A stretch of DNA of 64,000 nucleotides from an uncultured Planctomycetota bacterium (lineage in GTDB: Bacteria; Planctomycetota; Planctomycetia; Isosphaerales; Isosphaeraceae): contig CAWGMQ010000008.1 of NCBI GenBank assembly GCA_963823665.1, forward strand, positions 960,001 through 1,024,000, read 5' to 3'. Under the pieces are notes generated by a model. The model was given only the letters and a program-made list of their open reading frames with translations. It was not told the DNA's origin and searched no databases. Each line of letters starts with the position of its first letter. Within the stretch, counting starts at the first letter, position 1. This document shows positions 41,617 to 53,871 of the stretch, piece after piece. Both the position numbers and the translations under genes were made by a program.

Positions 41617-43365
41617 ATGATCCGAAAGCGCATCCGAGACTGGCTGCTCCGCTGGCTCCTGGCAGCCGCCGCGATCGGGCCGGCCGCCGCGTCTGCCCAG
41701 GAAGCAGACCTCATCCTCCACAACGGGAAGATCGTCACGGTCGATCGCGCCTTCACGATCTCCCAGGCCCTGGCCGTTAAAGGAGATCGCCTCATCCGCG
41801 TGGGCACCAGCCGGGAAGTGATGGCCACCCGCGGGCAAAGGACGACGATGATTGATCTGGCCGGCAAGATGGTCCTGCCAGGCCTGGTCGATTCTCACGC
41901 GCACCCAACCGACGCCAGTTTGACGGAATTCGACCACCCCGTGCCCGACATGGAGACGATCTCGGAAGTGCTCAACTACATCCGGGCCCGCGCTGCCGCC
42001 GTCGGGCCCATGCAGTGGGTGATCGTCCGCCAGGTATTCATCACCAGGCTGAAGGAGCAGCGCTACCCGACCCGGAGCGAGCTCGATCAAGCCGCGCCCG
42101 AAAACCCGGTGCTGTTCGCCACGGGGCCCGACGCTTCGCTGAACTCCCGAGCACTCAAGCTCTGCGGAATCGACCGCAACTTCCGCGTGGAGGGCGCAGG
42201 GAAAGTCGAGCGAGACCCGCAAACTGGTGAACCGACCGGCATCCTTCGCAACTGCGCACGTTATATCAAGGATGCGTCACCTGACAGGAAGCCCAAGGAA
42301 TCCGACCGCGACCGCAAGCTGATCGAGCTTCTGGCGGACTACAATTCGGTCGGGATCACGTCGATCATCGACCGCGATGCCTACCCGCCGGCGATCGATC
42401 GCTACGAGCGTCTGCATGCCGCCGGCTCGTTGCCGGTCCGAGTGGCCATCTCGCACCACATCGAGACCACCGGCGATCTCGACAAGGTCCGCGCCGAAAT
42501 CCGCCGGGTGGCAAGCCATCCGCTCTTCCGCGGCGGGGCGCGGCTCAAGATCATCGGGATCAAGACTTATCTCGACGGCGGCATGCTCACCGGCAGTGCT
42601 TACATGCGCGAGCCCTGGGGCTTGAGCAAGATCTACGCGATCGATGATCCGAGCTACAAGGGGGTGCTCTTCATTCCTCCGGATCGATTGAGCGCCATCG
42701 TCAGGGAGACCGTCTCGTCCGGGTTGCAGTTCACAGCGCACTCCGTCGGCGATGGGGCGGTCCACAACTTGCTGGACGCCTATGATGAGATCAACAAGAC
42801 GATACCGGTTGCTTCCACTCGGCCGTGTATCACGCATTCCAATTTCATGAGCCGCGAGGCGATTCTTCAGGCCGCGCGGCTGGGCGTCGTCGTTGACATC
42901 CAGCCGGCTTGGCTTTACCTCGATACGCGCACCCTGGCCGCTCACTTCGGATACGACCGCCTGCGCTATTTCCAGCCGCTGCGATCTTTGTTCGAGGCGG
43001 GCGTGACCGCGGGAGGCGGCTCGGACCACATGCAGAAAATCGGCTCGCTGCGATCGATCAATCCATATAACCCGTTTCTGGCGATATACGTCGCGATCAC
43101 CCGGCGAGCCAAAGGGTACGACGGGCAACTGCACCCCGAAGAGGCCCTGACACGAGAGCAGGCGATCCGGTTTTACACGATCAACAACGCCAGGCTGATG
43201 TTCCTGGAAGACCGGATCGGCTCGCTTGAGGCGGGCAAGCAGGCGGATTTTGTCGTGATCGATCGAGACCTGTTATCGTGCCGGGAAGATGAAATCAAGG
43301 AGACTCATGCGCTCGCGACGTATGTCGATGGGAAGCGCGTGTTTGGAGCGGTGATCTCGCCGTAG
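41617..43365 (+). CDS. Secreted amidohydrolase (Amidohydro_3 / YtcJ-like)
   Basis: Signal peptide; ADLILHNGKIVT, PGLVDSHAH, AHSVGDGA, GGSDH, GSLEAGKQADFVV. Confidence 0.92.
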   Translation: MIRKRIRDWLLRWLLAAAAIGPAAASAQEADLILHNGKIVTVDRAFTISQALAVKGDRLIRVGTSREVMATRGQRTTMIDLAGKMVLPGLVDSHAHPTDASLTEFDHPVPDMETISEVLNYIRARAAAVGPMQWVIVRQVFITRLKEQRYPTRSELDQAAPENPVLFATGPDASLNSRALKLCGIDRNFRVEGAGKVERDPQTGEPTGILRNCARYIKDASPDRKPKESDRDRKLIELLADYNSVGITSIIDRDAYPPAIDRYERLHAAGSLPVRVAISHHIETTGDLDKVRAEIRRVASHPLFRGGARLKIIGIKTYLDGGMLTGSAYMREPWGLSKIYAIDDPSYKGVLFIPPDRLSAIVRETVSSGLQFTAHSVGDGAVHNLLDAYDEINKTIPVASTRPCITHSNFMSREAILQAARLGVVVDIQPAWLYLDTRTLAAHFGYDRLRYFQPLRSLFEAGVTAGGGSDHMQKIGSLRSINPYNPFLAIYVAITRRAKGYDGQLHPEEALTREQAIRFYTINNARLMFLEDRIGSLEAGKQADFVVIDRDLLSCREDEIKETHALATYVDGKRVFGAVISP

Positions 43366-46300
43366 GCCAGGGGCGGCTGAAGCCAGGATCGCTCCGCTCG
43401 AGATCGCGAGCGCAAGCAGAGCGGGAACCGGCTCAGGAGCTTCGCCGTCCAGGAGCGGTGCAACGCGAATGGGCGGAATGGCAGCGAGCTGCACGTCAGG
43501 CAGGCTCGGGGGCTCGTGGACCAGCGATACAATGGCGGCGTCGACGATTCGCCCAGACGTGGGATGGCGAAGCTGGATGAATGTGTCGCCGGGATTCTCT
43601 GGTGATTCCGCTTCTGGCGACTCGCGCTCATTTTCGCTTTCGGGACCGCCGCCCGGCTGGCGCGCCGGTTCAGTCGCGCGGCGGAACTCTTCGAACGCCT
43701 CGTCGAGGCCGATCATGACTCGCTTCCAGGGCGCATTGTCGGCCGCGGCCGGATGGGCCGGTTCCGTCTGGCTCACGAGCTCGCCGTCATCTCCTTCCTC
43801 GTCATGCTCGACCCTTCTTCCAAACGGGCCTTGACCGAGCGAGACGCCCATCGTGCTGGAAAGGGCGGCGACCGCGGCGGTCAGTCCCTGCGCGCGGCAG
43901 AATCTTCGGCGCTCGATGTGAGACTTGAGTCCGCGCTCCCGGGCGTCCCGATCAGGGGCAGAGAAAATTCTTGCAAGGGGGCAAGAGTCAGGTCAGGGCC
44001 GCTCGAGCTTGAGGACGAGCCAGTCAGTGAAAACAGAAGCAGGGAAGCGGTGTCGGCGTTTTCCGTGGTGGCGTAGACGAAGAGGTCGTCGATGCCGCGC
44101 GATGCGATTCCGAGCCCCGTCGGGCTCAGATCGCCGGGCAAGCTATCGACCTCCTCGAGGATAAGTCCGTCGGCGCTTCCCTGAAACAACGACACCTTCC
44201 CGTCGCCGTTGTTGGCGACGACGAGATCATCGAAGCCGTTTGACCCACGCAGCGCCAGCGCCGCAACTGGATCGGAGCCCCCCGAGGAGATGACTTGCTG
44301 CGCAATTGCACCGGTGGAAAGGCCGGTGATCAACGTCACGTTGCTGGTGCCCGGGTCGAGGGCGATGACATCGAGGCCGGCGCCGCTCTCGAAGGAACCT
44401 GCGAAGATCAGGCCCGGACTCTCATTCAGAGGGAAGACCGTCGGGTCGCTGTCGTTGAAGAAGCCGTCGCCGACACCCGGAATCAGCGTCAATTCGCTCG
44501 AAGCGCTGTCGCTGACAAGGAGGTCGCCGATGCCGTCACCGCTGAAATCCCCATACAGGACTGCAACCGGGCCCGCGCCGGCCGCGAACCGGCGCGCGGC
44601 GCGAACGTGAAGCCAGTACCCTCCGGCTCGTTGATCAGGATCGCGACGTCGTTGGACCCCCTGTTGGCGACGATGAGGTCGGGACGTCCGTCGCCATTCA
44701 CATCGGCGACGACGACGGAGACGGGGTTCGTTCCGGTGAAGAACCCGTTGCCGTCGTTCAGGGCTTGGCCGAACCCTCCTCCAGGCAGGCCAGGGTACAC
44801 GAGCACGTTGTTGCCGCCGGTGTTGGGTACGATCAGATCGGGAATTCCGTCACCGTTCAAGTCGGCCAGTAAAGGCGCGCCGGGGAGAAGCAAGCCCGTG
44901 GTGCGGTCGGCCAGCACGGTCGGTTGCGCTGCGCGCCGATCTGGACGAGGATGCGGTCACGGGCCTGGTCGACGAAAACAAGAGTCCCGCCGGCCTTGCC
45001 CGTGGCGGACCCGACCGCGAGGGCGACGTACTGGCCCGTGACGACCGGCGGCGAGAAGACTCCATTGCCTTGCCCCAGCAACACCAGAACGTCTCCGAAT
45101 GCGTTGCCGACCAGCAGGTCAGCTATCTTGCTGTTGGGGTTCAAGTCGGCGACCGTCAAGCCTGTCGGATCGGGCCCGACGTCGTACGTGCCCGCGGGGG
45201 TGAATTCTCCCTTTCCGTTGCCCAGCCAGATGGAGAGGCCGTTCGGGCCGAGGATCGCCAGGTCGGCGTTGCCGTCTCCGGTGAACTCGCCGATGCGAAC
45301 CACGAGACTCGGGCCGGAGGTCGGCACCGAAACGGGGTTCGCGAACCGGCCGGCTCCGAGCCCGTCAAGAATTCCCAGGGTCTCCGAGCCAGAGTTGAGT
45401 GCCACGAGGGCCGGAGGACCACCCGTTGCGAGCGCAGCAGCAGCCACGCCGACCGTTCCCTCCTCGCTCAAGAGAGAGAGGCTTGCCGTGCCCGTGCCAG
45501 GTACCAGCAACGAGAGGCCGACTCCGGCGTTGTAGACCGTCAGGGGAGAAAAGCCAGCTACACCCTGGTTGCGGATCACTGCGACTTCGCCAGCGGTCTG
45601 GTTCGCCAGGATGAGGTCGGGGAGGCCGTCCTGGTAGACGTCGCCGACGGAGACATCTGAGATGCCCGGGCCGACCGTGAGAGTCTCGGGCGACATGAAC
45701 CCTCCTTGCCCGTTACTCAAATAGACGGTAAGCGTGCCGTCACCCGCATTCCTGATCACCAGGTCGTCCTGGCCATCGGACTCGAGATCCGTGGAGACGA
45801 TCTGTGCGGGCTCGACTCCGGTCGCGAGCGAGCCGAGGAAGCTGAAGCTTCCATTGCGGTACGCGTATAGCGAGACGGCATCATCCGTCGCATCGACACT
45901 GGCGAGGAACGTGCCTTGACTGGTGACGACCGCGGCAACGTCGCGCGATGGCCGGCCGGGATTCACGATGATCGGCGGGGCGAAGCTGCCGGTCCCCTGG
46001 GGCTGGCCTTGCCGAAAAAGGATGTCGCCCGCTGCGTCGACGATGGCCACGTCCGGCAGGCCGTCGCCGTTCAAATCAGCGACGAGCGGGGTGTTGTGCG
46101 GAGCGAGTCCGACGGACCCTGACTGGGTGAATTGACCGCCTCCCAGGTTGAGCTCGATCGCGACGGTGTTGGGGTTTGCGGTCGTGACGGCCAGGTCGGC
46201 CAGGCCGTCGCCGGTGAAGTCGCCCGCGGTGATTGCATACGGAGCGAGCCCGTTGCCGAGGTCGAGCAGGGGCATGACCTGCAGGAAATTGCCGTGGCCG

Positions 46301-48834
46301 TTACCGTCGAGCAAGGAGACGTCGGTCGTGCCGGAGTCGGCGACGGCGAGGTCAAGCGGTCCGCCCTTGGAAAGTTGTGCAGTGGTGATTGCTGTGGGGT
46401 AGAAGTACATTCCCAGTGGGATCGGTGGGAGTGGCAGAAACGAGCCGTTGCCTTCGGCGAGGAGGATCGACACGTTGTCCGCCGCGTCGAGTGAGATGCT
46501 GGCGACGGCGAGATCGAGCAAACCCCCGCCGGTGAAGTTGCCCGCGACGATCGCTTGGGGTTGATTGTACGGATCGTCACTCAGGAGGATCGGTGCGAGC
46601 GCCCGGAACCCTCCGTGGCCGTCGCCCTCTAGAATCCACACTTCGTTCTCGAACTGATCGGCGACCGCCAGGTCGAGCGTGCCTTGGCCGGTGAAGTTCC
46701 CGGCCGCGATCGACACCGGAACAGCGCCCTGCCCGAGGAAGATCGGAGAGGCGATCGCATGAAACCCGCCGTGACCATCGCCCATCAAGATCGTGACCGC
46801 GTGCGAAGTCTCAGTCGTGACGGCCAGGTCGAGCACGCCGTCGCCCGTGAAGTCGCCGGCGACAATTGACGTTGGGTCCGAACCCGGCATCGGAATGAAG
46901 GTCGCGGGGGTCTGGAAAGTCCCGTCGCCGTTCCCCAGCAGGATGGACACGCCCTGTCCGTTGCCGTACATGTCTCCATTATCCACGACGGCCACGTCGG
47001 GCCGGCCGTCGCCATTGAAGTCGCCCACCATCAGCGCGAACGGACCTGCCCCTGCCGGAAATGACCTCGCGGGCTGGAAAGTTCCGTCGCCGTTGCCCAT
47101 GAGCACGGAAATATCATTTGTACCATAATTTGTTGTTATGATGTCATTGTGTGAATCATGACTCAGGTCGGCGGTGACGACGGCAACGGGTTCGTTTCCC
47201 ACGGGATTGGTCAACTGATCCTGGAAGCTGCCGTCGCCGTTGCCGAGCAGAATCGAGATACCGGAACCCTGGTCGCCCACGGCCAGATCCGCGCGGCCGT
47301 CGCCATTGAAATCAGCGGTCAGGATCGATTGTGGATACGAGCCGGCTCCAAAAGGGGTGTACGGCTGGAACGTGCCGTCGCCGTTGCCCAGGAGGACTGA
47401 GATGTCACCTGACCCGAAGTTTGCCGTCGCCAGGTCGAGGTGCCCGTTGCCGAAGTCGCCTGCCACAAGCGCCACGGGATTGCTGCCGACAGGGTAGGAC
47501 TGCGGGGCCGCGAAGACACCGTTGCCGTTGTTCAAAAGGACCGAAACATCGCTGGAATTTGTTTCAGCGACGGCCAGATCGAGCGCGCCGTCTCCACTCC
47601 AGTCACCCGCCACGATCGCGGTAGGCGCGGCACCCACGTCGATCGTGCGTGCGAACTGGAACTGGCCGGGCCCGTCGTCCTGGAAGACCGTGAGGCCCTG
47701 TCCTGCGCCGGTCGGGTCGCCTTCATCCGCTACGATCAGGTCGAGGTGGCCATCGCCGAAGTGGCCGGCCACGAGACCTGACGGTTCGACCCCACCGGGG
47801 AGCACCTCCCCCGGCGAGAAGGCGCCCTGACCGTTATTCGTGAAAATCGCGACATTCCCGCTCGCCTGGTCCGCAACCGCCAGATCCACGTCATCGCCGC
47901 CGGAGTCGAAGGCCTCGATGGCGTCCGGTTGGGAGCCGATTGGCAGCCCCACGCCGGCCTCGAAATGGCCGTCGCCCTGATTCAGAAGTACCTGGAGAAG
48001 GCCGTTGGGTAGGTTCGGGTTCGTCTCCGTGAAGGCAATGTCCGGAAAATCATTGTGGTCAAAGTCGCCGACCGCGATCGCCGTGACAGTCCACCCCGGC
48101 GCAGCGAGCGGGCCGTCGAGTACCGCGCTCTGGAACGTGCCATCGCCATTTCCCACGTGAATTCCATCCGGGGCGACCAGATCCGCCGGAGAATTGACGC
48201 CGAAAAAGCTGGCCACGGCGAGCGGAGCGTAGTCGGGCAAAAGGCTCTTAACCGGTTGAAACGGCGGCGCCGTGGGCGTGAGAAAAGCCGTGATCTCGTA
48301 AGCCCCGCCGCCGCCCAGACTTTGCAATTCGAGGAAGTCATCTCCTGACGGGACATCCACGTCGATCAGGCGATCTCCAGCGCCGATCGCTGGGCAGTCG
48401 CTCTGAACCACGGGCGAGCCCTCCGCGTCGACCAGCGAGAGCCGCGCGGCGAAGCCCTTCGCATCGAGCGTGACCGCTAGCTTCCCTCCCACGTCGGAAG
48501 AGACGCGGTAATAAATCGCGCCGAGAGGGGCGATCGACCCGTCGATCGGCGTTCCGACCGGCAACGGCACTGCTTCTGACGAAACGTCCGGCGGCCCGGC
48601 GAGTAACACGCGACGTTCAAGGGCCAGAAGGAGTGGACGGTAAGACCAGCGGGCCCTCCGGAACTCTTCCCGCGGATCTCGAGTGCCGGCCCCAGTTCGA
48701 TCAGACGGCTTGGCCGGGTCGTGTGACACGACGGCAGACTCCAAGACTCGATCAGTCCGGGCTCGGTCTAAACCCAATCGAAGCTCCCGGTAAGCGACTC
48801 GCCGCGAGGCTTCTCCCAACTTCATCACAGTCAA
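43273..48834 (-). CDS. Large FG-GAP/VCBS repeat surface protein with an LEPR-XLL-like N-terminal motif; about 3 frameshifts (~44930, ~44595, ~43893)
   Basis: RPLLLALERRVLLA; many (G)DFxGDGxxDLAV...VSILLGNGDGTF repeats continuing through successive frames. Confidence 0.88.
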
Positions 48835-48987
48835 GCATCACACACCGAACCGCAAACCTCGTTAATCCGTTCTCCAGGCTGTTTTTTTTCGTAAGTCATC
48901 CTGATACGATCTCATTTGACGATTTTACCCATTCTTTGCAGTCGCCGCAGTCTCTGCAACCGGACATCACGTAATCGGGAGGTTTCG

Positions 48988-49635
48988 ATGTTGAAGTCGA
49001 TGATGGTCATTAGTTCTCGATTTCTCCTGGTGGCGGTCCTGTGTGTCGCAGCCAATCGAGCTGACGCGCAGACGGTCACGGTCTATTTCAACGGGACCGG
49101 GCCGAATGCGTCCACTTTCCAGGGTTCTTTCGCTTACACTCAATCATTGCTGGGATCCGGGGGACATTTTTCGTTCACCACACAATTCCATGAGATCGAG
49201 TATTCGGGTTCCAGCATCAGTGGGGAACCATCGTGCTCCGGTACCACTTGTTCGTTCAACATCACGACCTCGGGGACGACGTTCACTCTCGTGTCAGTCT
49301 GCCCGAAAAGTCCCGCGACGACCGTGACGATCGAGCTGCCATGCAGCGTGACCTTGTCACCGACGTCATTGCCCTCGTGCTCCGAGTTCGTAAGTTCCCC
49401 GCCTGCGAACACCACAAAGTTCACTCTGAGCGGAGGAACAACCTACTCCGGTACGATCAATTACGTCTCGTGTACCCCCCCCGCGCCGCCTGTGCACGCC
49501 CCGGCCCAGCGTGTTCCCTACGTCTACACGTACATAGCGCCAGAAGCTTGCCCGGTATACGCGTGCCAGCCGAGGCCGGCGTGCTGCTTGACCCGGCTTT
49601 TTGCCCGACTTTGTCATCGCAATAACTGCTGGTGA
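48988..49635 (+). CDS. Secreted Ser/Thr/Cys-rich hypothetical protein
   Basis: GGAGG RBS; signal peptide ending ADA-Q; Pro-rich linker and Cys/Arg-rich tail. Confidence 0.75.
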   Translation: MLKSMMVISSRFLLVAVLCVAANRADAQTVTVYFNGTGPNASTFQGSFAYTQSLLGSGGHFSFTTQFHEIEYSGSSISGEPSCSGTTCSFNITTSGTTFTLVSVCPKSPATTVTIELPCSVTLSPTSLPSCSEFVSSPPANTTKFTLSGGTTYSGTINYVSCTPPAPPVHAPAQRVPYVYTYIAPEACPVYACQPRPACCLTRLFARLCHRNNCW

Positions 49636-49690
49636 GCGGGGTGCACGAATCCGCCGGTTCTCGACTGTCGCCGGGCCATACACACGGCGA

Positions 49691-52600
49691 TCAGGCGGGG
49701 GCCGATGAGGAGCGTTGCGGCCGTGACTGCTGCCCGAATTTGAGGCCCTCAAGCCATTTCAGGTGCCGTCGAAAGGGTCTTAACGCTCGGTCGTTCGGGA
49801 TACTCTTCTTCAAGAGGACGGTTCGTTGCTCCTCCGGCGCGAGCTCCAGGGCGATACGCATGAGTTTGACGGCGCGCTCTACGTATGACTTCTCGTCGCG
49901 GATCGCCGGCGGACCGGTCTTGCGAGACTCCGCGTCGACGGCAAGGGCCGATTGGAAGTAGATGCACGCGGCGTTGTAATGCATCCGCCAGTCCTTCTCG
50001 CGAAGCTCGAGAGATCGCTCGGCATCGGTCACCGCTTCGAGGTGCAGCCCCAGGCGCGCCCGAGCCAGACCGCGGCCGCTACAGGCATCGGCGTCATTCG
50101 GATCGAGCCAAACGGCGTCTTCAAAGTCACGGAGGGCATGTCGATCGGAGTCGTAGGCAAGATACGACCAGCCGCGGCGACAGAGCACGCGGGAGCCTTC
50201 GCGCTGGAGCGGATTCGACGCTGCGCCACCGACGCTTCGAGCCGCGCGATAAAGAAGCATGCGTGGGTCTTCGGGCTGGAGCGATAGCGCGAGGGTATAG
50301 TCGTCTGTCGCACCGCGGTAGTCTGCGAGACCATCCCTGGCCATCCCGCGCAGCAGGTACAGCTCGGCCGAGGGCTTGATTTTCTGCAGAGCCAGGTCGC
50401 ACGCATGCAACAGCTCGTCGTACCGCTTCAAGTCGAGCAGCTCGTGGATTCGCAATTGGTGAGCGAGAGCCAGCCGCGGGGCGAGATCAAGCGCCACGCT
50501 GCACGCCTTCAAGGCCTCAAGATGGCGGTGGGCGGCACGAAAGATTGCAGCCTTCTTGGTGGTGTCGAGAGCGATTAACACCGGTCTTGCAGACGATTCG
50601 CAGCGGATCGCGATTTCCAGGTCGCCAAGCGCCCTATCGCGGCATTCGGGGGCGAGCTGGCCGATCCGAACTTCCAGGGCGTTCCGGACCACGTCGCGCA
50701 GGTCGGACCTTTCGAGGCCGAGCAGGAGATCGGCCCGGCTGCGATGGAGATCGGCCCGGTTCGGTTGGAGCTGGATCGCTTTCGCGAGTTGCTCGAGCGC
50801 GTCGTCCGGCCGGCCTTGACGCCGGTACACATCGGCCAGCCAGCGCACGGCCTCGACGCGGCGGTCGTTCAAACGGATCGCTTCCTCGAGGTCAGCGGCG
50901 GCGGCGGTGAACTCTTGCCGCTCTAGCTGGATAATGCCGCGATTGACGAGCAGCGCGTAGCGGAGATCGGCATCCGCAGCGGAGCGACCGAGGAGGCTGA
51001 ATGCTTGTCGATAGTCGGCGTCGGCGATCTCGAATCGCTTTAACGCAGCGGCCGAGGACCAGGCGGTCTGCTCCGGTGAGACCTGGGCGATGTCGCGAAA
51101 GCGTTCCCCTTCCGCGGCGCTGGCGAGCCCATGCAGAAGGTAAAGCCAGACGCGATCAGGCTTTTCTTTCAAGCAGGCTTCGAAGCCGAAGCGCGCCGAC
51201 GCCGGCTCCATCATCTGGAAATGACAAATTGCAAGCAGGCATTGGGACCAAAAGTGGTTCTTCTGCTTCTGGGTGGCGGCCTCGAAATAGGTGATCGCGC
51301 CCTTCCAGTCGGATTTTCTGAACAATTCGTGTCCGATGAGGAACAAATCGAAGGCGTTCTGCGGCGCAAGTCGTTCGGCCAGGTCTCGCTCACGCGCTGC
51401 GCCTTGCCGATCGCCCTTCACGTTGAGGTAGGCCGAGCGGCGCAGGTGGTAGGCTCGAGTCGACCCGGATCGCACGGCCGGGGCCCGGTCAATGATGCGA
51501 AGCGCTTGCTCGGCCCGTTGACACGACTCGGCCGCGGGTGACTGCGAGACCGCATCGGCCAGGATCAGCAGCAGCTCGTAGAACCCGTTAGCGACATCTG
51601 CTTTCTCTTCTTCAGTCAGCTCCGAAGGTAGTGTGGCCAGGGCCCAAAGATCGCCCGCGCCGCCAACGCCGAACACGGCCAATCCGGCTGCGCTGACCGG
51701 CAAGTCCCCTCGATCGAGTTTCCCTGGTCCAGTCCGTCGAACCTGGTATCAAGGTACAGGGCCTCGTCTCGGAGTTGGCGAAAGTTGGCGAGTCGATCTT
51801 GGGCCTCCTTCACCGCCGTCTGCTTGGCGAGACAACGACGGGCCTGTTCGTCCAGGCTCAGAGCCCGCTGACGTAGTTTGACCAGGCGAGTTTCCTGTTC
51901 GGTCTCGATGCGGCTCAACAGTCCGGAAACGATCGTGCGAGCGTCGGCCCAATTCTCTTTCGCCACGGCGCCCTGTGCTTTGAAGACCTCCTCCTCGGCC
52001 GTTTGGACCAAGCTTCCGATCCGGTCGGATTCATGCTTCTGAGCTTGGCGGATCCGATCGCTCTCCCGCTTCTGAGCGTGCTGGACCGCGCCGAAGATAA
52101 CCCCGCTCGCGATCAAGGCCATCGCCAGCATCACCGTTTTCACCGGGTGCCGCTGCGCCAGCTTCAAGCCGCGCTCCCAGACAGGCGTGCGGCGGGCGAG
52201 AACCGGCTCGCCGTCGAGGAATCGATCGAGGTCGTCGGCAAGCTCAAGCGCACTGGCGTATCGCTTCTGCGGGTCCCTGGCGATGCATTTCAGGCAGATC
52301 GTCTCCAGGTCAAACGACACTTTCGGGCGGAGGTGGGAAGGAGTCACCGGGTCTTCTTCGATCACGAGCCTGAGCGTTTCGGCCTGGGTCTCGCCCTTGA
52401 TCGGCGGCCGGCCGGTCAGCATCTCGTAGAGAATTGCACCGAGTGAGTAGATGTCAGCCCGCGTGGCCGATTTCGCGCGCCCAGCCCTGCGCCTGCTCGG
52501 GTGCCATGTAGCTCGGAGTACCGATCACTTGCCCGGTTACCGTTTCGCCGTCCTCGATGTCGAGCCGTTTCGCCAGGCCGAAATCGGCGATCTTGCGCTG

Positions 52601-53399
52601 TACCGTCCTGATCGAAGAGGACGTTCGATGGCTTGATGTCGCGATGCAAGACGCCGGCGACATGGGCGGCATGAACCGCCCGCGCGAGCGTGGAGAGTAA
52701 CTTCGCCGTTTCCCGCAGCGGCTGCGGGTTGCCGGCCAGACGATCCTTGAGCGTGCCCCCCTCCAGGAGCTCGAGTGCGACGAACGGAACGTCGCTGGCC
52801 GTGCCGATCTCGTAAATCCGCACGATATTCGGGTGGTTGAGCCGCGCGACCACCTCGGCCTCGATCTGGAAGCGGGCGAGGTCCTCGGGATTGCTGTGCC
52901 GGTCGTACCGGATCACCTTCAAGGCGACCAACCGCTTCAGACGCAGGTGGCGCGCTTTGTAGACGATCCCCATCCCGCCGTGCCCCAGCTCCGCGAGGAT
53001 CTCGAAACCCGCCACGAGCTCCGGCCGGCTCACCGTCGTCGCCAGGAGCGACGACCCCAATGGCCAGACGGTGCTCTCGAGCACCGGCAAGCAGGTCTCC
53101 TGTGGATCCCAGCAAAACGTCCCGTCGGCTTCCCGGACGCAGTCCTCGTCCAGATCCGTTACCTCGTCCGCAAGCTCGAGCGCACTCCCGCTTGCATTCC
53201 ATTGCCCGTCGGGGTCCGAGAGTGACGCGTCGATTGTCGATTCGACGCTGATCCAACGCTTCCAGTCGCTTGCGCCGTCAGCACACGTCGAGCCCGGTCC
53301 GTAATCAACCGTGTTGTTGTAGCTCGATTCGCCCACGCCATCGTCCATCGTGCTGACAGGCGAGGTCAGGGGCTCGTTGTTCTTCCGATCGGATTCCAT
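49691..53399 (-). CDS. Ser/Thr kinase with C-terminal TPR repeats; about 3 frameshifts (~52600, ~52460, ~51700)
   Basis: LGHGGMGIVY, HRDIKPSN, KIADFGLAK, GTPSYMAPEQ, DIYSLGAILYEMLTG; many TPR-like helices; HYNAACIY. Confidence 0.9.
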
Positions 53400-53778
53400 G
53401 GCAACCCCACCCTTCGTCGAGACAACGCAAGAGGGAAGGATCCATCATGCTCACGAGACAGGAGAGGGATGTGAAGCTTCGTCCTTGGTGCAACCACCGC
53501 ATCTGAAAGTGTACGGGCTGCCCTGCCATCGGGCAAATCAAAAAATGATGACGCAAATCGATTGATTGAAACAATCAGAAATCAGCCCCGTGCTTCGCGC
53601 GCGGGGAATACGACCTTCATTAGACGCTGTTCGCTTTCGGAAAGTTCACACGAATCCGACCACGATCTCAGGCCGAGCGTCCGAATCTTTGCTACGCGGC
53701 CATGCATGCGGGCACGCGTTTTGATTTGCTCGCGTCGCCCGTCGGGTAAGGCTGCCGTGATGCCGTCGCCGGCTTCCA

Positions 53779-53795
53779 TCGATTTCTGAAATCGA
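53779..53795. promoter_or_regulatory. Palindrome TCGATTTC-T-GAAATCGA, candidate operator
   Basis: 8-bp perfect arms, ~77 nt upstream of the ECF start. Confidence 0.35.
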
Positions 53796-53871
53796 CGGAC
53801 GCGCCTGGCGGTTCCATGTCAGTACTATGTGGAAGGATGGACGATAGTGGGTCATGTAGGAGTCCGGGCTG

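Noticed and set aside
43273..43365. 93-bp convergent overlap between the amidohydrolase and FG-GAP 3' ends as a regulatory feature
   Set aside because: The FG-GAP end is uncertain because of frameshifts; the overlap may be a run-on
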